Below, in pieces: positions 17,473-24,000 of a stretch of 24,000 nt of DNA; position 1 is the first letter of the stretch, and each line of letters starts with the position of its first letter. The position numbers and the translations under genes are program-made. The stretch is from Fidelibacterota bacterium UBA7300 (GTDB lineage: Bacteria; Fidelibacterota; Marinisomatia; Marinisomatales; UBA2128), in the NCBI GenBank assembly GCA_002471865.1, contig DKQU01000041.1, positions 23,340 through 47,339 of the forward strand, read 5' to 3'. The notes below the pieces were generated by a model. The model made no database searches. It was not told the DNA's origin and worked only from the letters and a program-made list of their open reading frames with translations.

Positions 17473-18330
17473 TTGAAATCTAACAAAACTCTCCTCACTG
17501 CAACACTTTTATTGATTCTTTTCTTCTTTGGTTGTACTGCTCATCTGTTCAAGCACCATCCAAATCTAGCTGAACAACTCTTCGAGAAAAGGGTATCAAA
17601 ATCCGAGAAGCAGGTTCGTAAGCATCCTCGAGACAGCGCTGCTAAGTTGGAAGCGTGTAAAAATTTGACTATGTACGGTCACGTTTTCGTCTTACGTGAA
17701 TCCGAGATTATGGAAGAAGAAGATTTTACTCAAAGCCGAGAATTCCGGCTGGAGGCCAACAGTTTATTCCAGAATGCTTACAACTATGGTTTGGAGTCAC
17801 TTGATATTTTGCACCCTAGTTTTCAGGAGTCATTCCATAAAGATTCCGGAGTTATGCTGGGGAAAGTAACTATTGAGCAAGTTGATTATCTTTATTGGAC
17901 TGCGGCTGCACTTGGGAGTATGATCTCAACGGCAAAGGGTGACCCGTACGCAATTGCCGATCTTCCTAAAGTGGGTATTCTCATCGATAGGGCCATGGAA
18001 TTAAACGAGTCCTACGACAAAGGGAGTTTGCATGAGTTTATGATATCGTTCGTTCTCAGTCGTCCTGATTCACCTACTGATGCGATTGAAATTGCTAAAA
18101 ATCATTTCGACAAAGCTGTTGTACTTTCAGGCGGGAATCGAGCATCAGCATTTGTAACTTATGCAGAATCAATATGTACATTGGAGCAAGATCGATCGGA
18201 GTTTCTATCTATGCTCAATCGAGCCTTGGAGGTGGATGTTAACGCAGATCCTGATCTGAAACTATCCAATATCGTTTCTCAGGAACGGGCTGCATGGTTA
18301 AAGGAGCGAGTAGATGACCTCTTTTTCTAA
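17473..18330 (+). CDS. TatT-like TPR lipoprotein accessory component of a TRAP transporter (TPAT type)
   Basis: 285 aa, TTG start, lipobox LFFFGC, all-helical TPR-like sequence. It sits immediately upstream of dctP and fused dctQM, the same order as Treponema pallidum tatT-tatP-tatQM (recalled from the published TPAT description). Confidence 0.55.
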   Translation: MKSNKTLLTATLLLILFFFGCTAHLFKHHPNLAEQLFEKRVSKSEKQVRKHPRDSAAKLEACKNLTMYGHVFVLRESEIMEEEDFTQSREFRLEANSLFQNAYNYGLESLDILHPSFQESFHKDSGVMLGKVTIEQVDYLYWTAAALGSMISTAKGDPYAIADLPKVGILIDRAMELNESYDKGSLHEFMISFVLSRPDSPTDAIEIAKNHFDKAVVLSGGNRASAFVTYAESICTLEQDRSEFLSMLNRALEVDVNADPDLKLSNIVSQERAAWLKERVDDLFF

Positions 18331-18331
18331 C

Positions 18332-19327
18332 ATGTCTTTTTTTCGGAAAGCAGTAATCATATCTATCTTGGTTTTGGCTCCCGTTTTTATTCAGGCTCGT
18401 GTGGTTATTAAGATGGCTACACTGGCACCTAATGGTTCGCCTTGGCACGAGCTTTTGCTGGAAATGAGTCAGCGCTGGAAGAAGGCGACACGAGGAGAAG
18501 TGATAATAAAGATATATGCCGGCGGAGTGGCGGGAGAAGAGCGGGATGTGGTACGGAAAATGCGGATTGATCAACTGCAGGCTGCAGCGGTAACTGTCGA
18601 AGGTCTAACAGAAATCAGTCAGGACATGAACGTATTTTATATCCCCATGCTGGCTAAGACTTCGGAAGAACTCACGTTTATTAGAAACAACTTAACACCT
18701 GACCTAAAAAGTGATTTAAGCAGAAAAGGGTTCAAGCTTCTCGCTTGGGCTGATGTGGGGTGGGCATATTGGTTTACGAACAAAAAAGTAACTACTCCTA
18801 CTCAAATGAGAAAATTAAAGTTGTTTACCTGGGCAGGAGATTATCGTTTTGTAGATCTATATAAACAATTTGGTTTTCATCCGGTTCCTATGTCAACTGC
18901 AGATATGTTAACTTCTTTACAAACTAAAATAATAGATGGGTTTGCTACAACGCCAATGTTTGCACTCTCTTTCCAATGGTTTGCTTTGGCGCCAAACATG
19001 CTAAACATGAAATGGGGTCCTATCATCGGAGGTGTGGTAATCACCAAGGAAACTTGGAACAAAATTCCTGAAAAGTATCATCATGAGCTAGAGTCTATTT
19101 CTGCAGATATCGAGAAAAAAGCTGCTGAATTCGTGGTGATGACTGAGAAGGCTTTGGATGTTATGAAAGATAACAATCTCACTGTTCACGAACTGTCCGT
19201 TACAGAGATGAAAAAGTGGGAAGATCAAATGTTGGATGCTTATCCATATGTAAGAGGTTCAATTGTACCGGATGCGATATTTGATAAAGCAATTGAATTG
19301 AAAAGCGAGTACCGAAATAGGAATTAA
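18332..19327 (+). CDS. TRAP transporter substrate-binding protein (DctP family)
   Basis: The track ORF starts at 18314, but ATG 18332, one nt after the tatT TAA, gives a clean signal peptide MSFFRKAVIISILVLAPVFIQA. Mature start VIKMATLAPNGSPWH and overall length fit DctP-type SBPs. Confidence 0.8.
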   Translation: MSFFRKAVIISILVLAPVFIQARVVIKMATLAPNGSPWHELLLEMSQRWKKATRGEVIIKIYAGGVAGEERDVVRKMRIDQLQAAAVTVEGLTEISQDMNVFYIPMLAKTSEELTFIRNNLTPDLKSDLSRKGFKLLAWADVGWAYWFTNKKVTTPTQMRKLKLFTWAGDYRFVDLYKQFGFHPVPMSTADMLTSLQTKIIDGFATTPMFALSFQWFALAPNMLNMKWGPIIGGVVITKETWNKIPEKYHHELESISADIEKKAAEFVVMTEKALDVMKDNNLTVHELSVTEMKKWEDQMLDAYPYVRGSIVPDAIFDKAIELKSEYRNRN

Positions 19328-19393
19328 GAATATAATACAAGATACATTTAGTCAATCAATAGATTGTATAGATATAATTAATCTTCTAGGCTT

Positions 19394-21415
19394 GTGACTC
19401 GGATAGTAACAGTAGTAGCTGTTTTTTCACTGTTGGGTATGGCTTTGCTGCCTACTGTCGAATCTCTCAGTCGGATAGGTATTGGTATTCCACCCATTCC
19501 CGGTTCAGAGGGATTTGTTCTTCTGGCAACTCTATGGGTTGCATTTTTGGGTGCTATTTTGGCTGCTCGAGATAAACGTCTGTTGGCGTTATCACAGGAA
19601 GTAGAGTATTCAGATAACCAACCGGTTAGCTTGCGGACACTGTACAGCAATACCATGACTTTTGTGCTTGTGTCAGTCATGACCTACGCTAGTGCAGGGT
19701 TCGTCTTGGAGAATTTTGCTGCAGAGACAAAAGTAGTCCCCGCACCGTTCTGGGTAGTAGCAGTGATAATACCCATTGGATTCGCTTTAATAACTACTTC
19801 AGTATTCTTGGTGAGTCCTAGAAATATCCTTGTTCGAGGGTCCATGATTTTCGCAATAATTATTGTTTCGATCATGGGCTACTTTGAGTTGTTTACTCAG
19901 CCACAGTTCTTTTGGATAGGAGTTGTCTTGATTCTTGTCTCATTTCCTATGGGTGTCCCCATCTTTGCAGTTTTAGGCGGTTTATCCATGCTTATACTTC
20001 ATTACAATTTTGGCACTATTCAGACCATTGCGAATGAAGCTTTTACTATAACTGAAAAATATGAATACGCCACCATACCGCTCTTTGCTTTGACAGGATA
20101 TATTTTGGCGGAAGGGGGAGCACCCAAGCGATTAGTGGGGGTATTCCATAACTGGTTCGGTTGGATGCCGGGTGGAACTCCAATTGCGACTGCGCTGATT
20201 TGCGCTTTCTTCACAGCCTTAACGGGAGGTTCTGGTGTCACTATTCTTGCTCTTGGCGGACTCCTCCTGCCTATGCTGCGTGAAGAAGGTTATCCATTGG
20301 GATTTTCCATAGGATTAATTACCGTTTCCGGCTCACTGGGTCTTCTTTTTCCTCCAAGTCTACCACTTATCCTTTATGGCGTAAGAGGTGGTACTTCTAT
20401 GCAGTTAGGAATTGATAAAATCTTCCAGGCTGCTTTTGTCCCGGGACTTATTTTAGTGGGCTTGGTTAGCTTATGGGGAATCCGGCAGAGTTATATATCC
20501 AAAGTTGAACGGACTTCTTTTGATCTTAACCGGGCTGTAAAGTCTCTTTGGGAGGCTAAATGGGAGGTAGTGATACCTTTCCTAATTCTTCTCTCAATTC
20601 TTACAGGTTTTACCCGCCTCGTAGAGGTAGCTGCCATGAGTGCGGTTTATTCTCTCATTGTGGAAGTTTATATTTATAAAGACCTAAAACTGGATGATCT
20701 ATATAAAGTTGTTGCAAAATGCGCCAAATTCGTTGGAGGTATCCTTATAATCATTGCTATGGCAAAAGCACTTAATCTGGCATTTGTGGATATTTATTTT
20801 TACGAGACTATGATAAATTGGATAGAAAACAATATTCATAACAAATTTGTTTTATTGTTGGCACTAAACATCTTTTTACTCATTGTAGGGTGTCTAATGG
20901 ATATTTTTTCTGCGATCATTATCATTGTACCACTTATAAGTCAACTTTTCAGTTCGTCAACATTTTCTATGTTTGGAGAATTTTCTGAAGGTGGGATTGC
21001 CATGATGCTCGGGCTTCAAGCTGTTCATATCGCAGTTATCTTTATTGCCAATCTAGAGTTGGGTTATATAACTCCTCCCGTCGGAATGAACTTGTTTCTT
21101 TCGGCTTATCGTTTCGACAAACCTCTCTCAAAGATTTACCGAGCTACACTTCCTTACTTTTTGATTCTGTTGTTTGGTGTTATGGTGATTACTTACGTGC
21201 CTATCGCCTTCCCCGGACTGTTACCCGGTATAGAATCTTCCTCGACTGATAGCGACGAAGATGGAATGCCCGATTGGTGGGAAAAGGCATTTATGCTCAA
21301 TGTCAACGAAGATGATTCAGGAAAAGATTCTGATAAAGATGGTGTGACCAATCTGGAAGAATTTAATCAGGGAAGCAATCCACGAAAACCACCCGAGTTG
21401 GATGACAGTGGTTAA
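19394..21415 (+). CDS. TRAP transporter fused small/large permease (DctQ-DctM) with a C-terminal TSP3-like Ca-binding repeat tail
   Basis: 673 aa. The N-terminal approx. 170 aa have 4 TM segments (DctQ-like: LATLWVAFLGAILAARDKRLLAL). A polytopic DctM-like domain follows (IPLFALTGYILAEGG, FFTALTGGSGVTILALG, GSLGLLFPPSLPLILYG, ELGYITPPVGMNLFL). The last approx. 60 aa are soluble and acidic with two DxDxDG motifs. Confidence 0.85.
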   Translation: MTRIVTVVAVFSLLGMALLPTVESLSRIGIGIPPIPGSEGFVLLATLWVAFLGAILAARDKRLLALSQEVEYSDNQPVSLRTLYSNTMTFVLVSVMTYASAGFVLENFAAETKVVPAPFWVVAVIIPIGFALITTSVFLVSPRNILVRGSMIFAIIIVSIMGYFELFTQPQFFWIGVVLILVSFPMGVPIFAVLGGLSMLILHYNFGTIQTIANEAFTITEKYEYATIPLFALTGYILAEGGAPKRLVGVFHNWFGWMPGGTPIATALICAFFTALTGGSGVTILALGGLLLPMLREEGYPLGFSIGLITVSGSLGLLFPPSLPLILYGVRGGTSMQLGIDKIFQAAFVPGLILVGLVSLWGIRQSYISKVERTSFDLNRAVKSLWEAKWEVVIPFLILLSILTGFTRLVEVAAMSAVYSLIVEVYIYKDLKLDDLYKVVAKCAKFVGGILIIIAMAKALNLAFVDIYFYETMINWIENNIHNKFVLLLALNIFLLIVGCLMDIFSAIIIIVPLISQLFSSSTFSMFGEFSEGGIAMMLGLQAVHIAVIFIANLELGYITPPVGMNLFLSAYRFDKPLSKIYRATLPYFLILLFGVMVITYVPIAFPGLLPGIESSSTDSDEDGMPDWWEKAFMLNVNEDDSGKDSDKDGVTNLEEFNQGSNPRKPPELDDSG

Positions 21416-21582
21416 TATCAACTGTATTAACTCAAAACGTCGTAAATTGAATTCCTTGATATAAGGTGAACATGAGAATATATTCGACCCATAATTTTGG
21501 TGAGGATAGAATGGGAACACGTTTGGAAACTAGTCGTTAGATTTGAGAACATCTTATTACAGGCATCTGGAAAATTGAATTA

Positions 21583-23001
21583 ATGAGAAAAACACTTTAT
21601 AGCGTCGTTATTGCATTTGTTCTGTCACAAGGGACTTTATTTGGTATAAGTGAAGCTTCTGCACTATTCCTGCTTATTTCCCCCGGTGCCCGTGCTGGTG
21701 GAATGGGAGAGGCTCAGGTTGCTGTGGCAAATGATGCTTACGCCAGTTATTGGAATCCTGCCGGTCTTGCTTTCCTTGAAGATAGCGAGGTTGCACTTAT
21801 GCATGTAAATTGGCTGCAGAATTTAGTTCCGGACATGTATTATGAATTTCTCGCTTATCATAAACATGTTCCTTCATTAGGCACACTTGGCGGTCACGTA
21901 ATTTTTCTGAATTTAGGAGAACAAGAGCGACGAGGTGAAAACAACGAAGATTTGGGAACTTTTACCAGCTTCATGTACGCCTTGACTCTCTCTTATGGGG
22001 CTAAAATTTCACCTTATTCATCTATCGGACTTAATGCAAAAATATTACACCAAAATTTGACAGGTAAAGGAGCAGGGGCAGAGAGAGGTGAAGGCGTTTC
22101 CACAGACTTTGCTTTCGATCTCGCCTATCTTCAGAAGGGATTTTTAACACCCAAATTAGACATGGGCATTACTATTACAAATATTGGACCGAAAGTTTCA
22201 TTCATCGATGAAGCACAAGCTGACCCCATGCCTACAAATCTTACGTTAGGGTTGAATTATCGAATTATAGATACTGAATTTAACCGACTTAATCTTGTCG
22301 TCGATTTTGATAAGATGCTAGTGGCCTCTTATCCAGAGATGGACTGGGATGGTGATGGACGAGTCGGTTTATACAATGATAATGGGAAATATGTGGGTGA
22401 AGCAGGAGAGTACAATGAAGCTGGGGACCGCGAGGCCGCACATACAGATCCTATCTATCTGGCTTTCTTCACCTCTTGGCTTGATGATTGGTATTTAGGA
22501 GGTGACATAGATTGGGATGAAAACACTCATATCGGCGGATATTACGAAACCGGTTTGCGCAGTGGTGAGCTTTTCGATGATTATGGTGCCGACGGAATTG
22601 ATGGAACAGATGATGATGGTGAAGGTGACGGTGAGTGGGATGATGGTGAATCTTTTTCTGATGATAACGGAAATGGCGAGTGGGATTCCTATGAATGGGG
22701 AGACGAAGGATACGGAAAGTATAATTCCGACGGTGAACTGGAAATTGGAACAGGAGCCAACCGAAGTTTCTCTACCGAAATAGATGAGATGGTTTTCAAC
22801 TTAGGGTTCGAGTACTGGTACTCCAAATATTTTGCTCTTCGCGGAGGATATTATTACGATAAACTCGGAAAGATCAGCAATCCTACTTTTGGGATAGGAT
22901 TAAGATTCGCTGGATACGGTTTTGATGCAGGTTTTACACTTGGGCCTCCCGGACATCCACTTACCAATACAGTCAGATTTTCATTGAATATGGAGTTTTA
23001 A
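21583..23001 (+). CDS. FadL/PorV-like outer-membrane beta-barrel with a large Asp/Gly-rich insertion
   Basis: 472 aa with a signal peptide. N-terminal LLISPGARAGGMGEAQVAVANDAYASYWNPAGLAFL resembles the hatch motif shared by FadL-type and PorV/PorQ-type barrels. The protein ends in an aromatic residue (LNMEF). An approx. 140-aa acidic insertion lies in the C-terminal half. Confidence 0.6.
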   Translation: MRKTLYSVVIAFVLSQGTLFGISEASALFLLISPGARAGGMGEAQVAVANDAYASYWNPAGLAFLEDSEVALMHVNWLQNLVPDMYYEFLAYHKHVPSLGTLGGHVIFLNLGEQERRGENNEDLGTFTSFMYALTLSYGAKISPYSSIGLNAKILHQNLTGKGAGAERGEGVSTDFAFDLAYLQKGFLTPKLDMGITITNIGPKVSFIDEAQADPMPTNLTLGLNYRIIDTEFNRLNLVVDFDKMLVASYPEMDWDGDGRVGLYNDNGKYVGEAGEYNEAGDREAAHTDPIYLAFFTSWLDDWYLGGDIDWDENTHIGGYYETGLRSGELFDDYGADGIDGTDDDGEGDGEWDDGESFSDDNGNGEWDSYEWGDEGYGKYNSDGELEIGTGANRSFSTEIDEMVFNLGFEYWYSKYFALRGGYYYDKLGKISNPTFGIGLRFAGYGFDAGFTLGPPGHPLTNTVRFSLNMEF

Positions 23002-23027
23002 GATAGTCAAACAAATGTCAGGTTATC

Positions 23028-23061
23028 AGTCCTGTGGTCGAACGATTACAGGACTTTTTTA
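23028..23061 (+). terminator. Rho-independent terminator
   Basis: AGTCCTGT-(12-nt loop)-ACAGGACT followed by TTTTTT, 27 nt after the stop of the barrel gene. This is the only canonical terminator I see along the long plus-strand gene array. Confidence 0.8.
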
Positions 23062-23064
23062 TAG

Positions 23065-24000
23065 ATGAATATTTCTAAGAATCTTACAATCCTTTTGATT
23101 GCAATTTCTGCAATTTCAGCACAACAAATTCCACTGCAGGGAGACATATCTATTCTTGTTATCCGTACATCTTTCGCTCAAGACAGTGATGTGTCTACGA
23201 CCGGAAATGGTCAATTTCTCATAGAAGATTACGAAGGAGATTGTATTCCCTACGTCCTCGATCCGCCTCCGCATGATCGAGAGTATTTCGAGGCGCACCT
23301 CCAGGCTCTAGACAGTTACTTTAACTCAGTATCGCAAGAACAGTTAGGCATAGATATCTTAAACTCATTGGTGCTGCCTATCGATACTTTGGGCAGTTAC
23401 AGTCTTGCTTCCACAATGGCATATTACAATCCCTACGGCGATGAGGAACTTCAGGAGTTGCGCTTAGCAGAACTGTTCCGAGATGCACTGGAAGCGGCAT
23501 ACGTGGACGAAGGAGGCATTGACTTTGATGCCTATGACCTGTTCACGGTGGTGCATGCCGGTGTCGGACAGGATTTCGCTCTGCCGTTTCTCGATCCCAC
23601 TCCGGAAGATATAGCTTCGGCTTACATTGATTCCAATTTATTGCTGGAACAGTTGGGTGCTGCTGAAATAACTTTTAACAACGGAAGCTCTGTAAGCTCT
23701 GGAATCATTCTGCCGGAAACACAGAACCACCTCCTTTTTGATGAGGCGGATGATATTTTCTTCGGAGCGTCAGATCCGTGTGAATATCAGTTTGCTCTCA
23801 CTGGTACATGGGCTTTAATGATGGGCTTTGCCATGGGCTTACCGCCACTGTGGGATACGGAATCCGGCGAAAGCGGTGCCGGTGTTTTCGCTCTCATGGA
23901 CCAGGGCTCCAATAATGGTCGTGGAGTCATCCCAGCACCACTTGATGCGTGGAGCCGTATTTATAGCGGTTGGGAGACCGCGACTACGGTTGGGCCAACC
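23065..24000 (+). CDS. Secreted M6 (InhA)-like peptidase-domain protein lacking the HExxH motif, 3' end beyond the window
   Basis: Not in the ORF track because there is no stop within the window. ATG 23065 opens a frame that stays open to nt 24000 (312 codons). Signal peptide MNISKNLTILLIAISAISAQQ. VVHAGVGQDF, GTWALMMGFAMGLPPLWD and GVFALMDQGSNNG align by eye with the M6 patterns vvHAGvGqE, AHEFGHdLGLPDlYD and WslMssGSw.G. Confidence 0.5.
   Translation, partial: MNISKNLTILLIAISAISAQQIPLQGDISILVIRTSFAQDSDVSTTGNGQFLIEDYEGDCIPYVLDPPPHDREYFEAHLQALDSYFNSVSQEQLGIDILNSLVLPIDTLGSYSLASTMAYYNPYGDEELQELRLAELFRDALEAAYVDEGGIDFDAYDLFTVVHAGVGQDFALPFLDPTPEDIASAYIDSNLLLEQLGAAEITFNNGSSVSSGIILPETQNHLLFDEADDIFFGASDPCEYQFALTGTWALMMGFAMGLPPLWDTESGESGAGVFALMDQGSNNGRGVIPAPLDAWSRIYSGWETATTVGPT

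Noticed and set aside
18314-18331. Upstream ATG start for the DctP-type SBP that overlaps tatT by 17 nt.
   Set aside because: ATG 18332 gives a standard signal peptide right at the N-terminus and lies 1 nt after the tatT stop. The longer form adds six residues (MTSFSN) with no support. It is kept only as an alternative.
21317-21520. 67-aa minus-strand ORF across the dctQM 3' end and the following intergenic region.
   Set aside because: It has no motifs, overlaps the well-supported permease tail in antisense, and is short. It is probably spurious.
22517-22783. 88-aa + strand ORF inside the OM barrel gene.
   Set aside because: It is an alternative frame through the GAT/GGT-rich low-complexity insertion, created by the repeat composition and not an independent gene.
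1-24000. Search for CRISPR arrays, tRNA/rRNA genes, IS elements, integrases, toxin-antitoxin pairs or phage-defence cassettes.
   Set aside because: I found no repeat-spacer periodicity, no cloverleaf-like or rRNA-like segments in the short intergenic regions, and no transposase, integrase or nuclease-like ORFs. The window looks like core chromosome, not an accessory island.

Overview
AT-rich bacterial chromosomal window. Gene content looks like a marine FCB-superphylum-type organism (Bacteroidota, Ignavibacteria or Marinimicrobia-like), but that taxonomic guess is inference only. Layout: (a) 3-770 (+), the 3' part of a homocysteine S-methyltransferase gene. (b) 777-5025 (-), a minus-strand block of P5C dehydrogenase (pruA), an M15 metallopeptidase, a GNAT acetyltransferase, a TauE/SafE anion exporter and an ArsC-type arsenate reductase. 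(c) 5188-23001 (+), about 18 kb of uninterrupted same-strand genes: the elongasome cluster mreB-mreC-mreD-mrdA(PBP2)-rodA; a CpoB/YbgF-like TPR protein; a four-gene envelope module of unknown function (degenerate glycogen-synthase N-domain protein, acidic lipoprotein, OM beta-barrel, TPR lipoprotein); glyA; a TatT-type TRAP transporter (tatT-dctP-fused dctQM); and a FadL/PorV-like OM barrel that ends at a clear intrinsic terminator. (d) 23065-24000 (+), the start of a secreted M6-like protein. No rRNA, tRNA, CRISPR, transposase or integrase was recognised. The strongest hidden signal is the arsC gene. The ORF track truncates it at 4971, but the frame continues upstream through an in-frame TGA (4990-4992) that sits exactly on the catalytic cysteine of the HNPxC motif. 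A stem-loop follows at SECIS distance and a GGAG Shine-Dalgarno precedes the upstream ATG, so this is a candidate selenocysteine-containing ArsC, translationally coupled to the TauE exporter. Other items worth follow-up: Ca-binding TSP3-like repeats fused to the C-terminus of the TRAP permease; a large Asp/Gly-rich insertion in the neighbouring OM barrel; an M6-protease-like protein whose HExxH motif is replaced; and a glycogen-synthase N-domain-only pseudoenzyme linked to lipoprotein, barrel and TPR genes.
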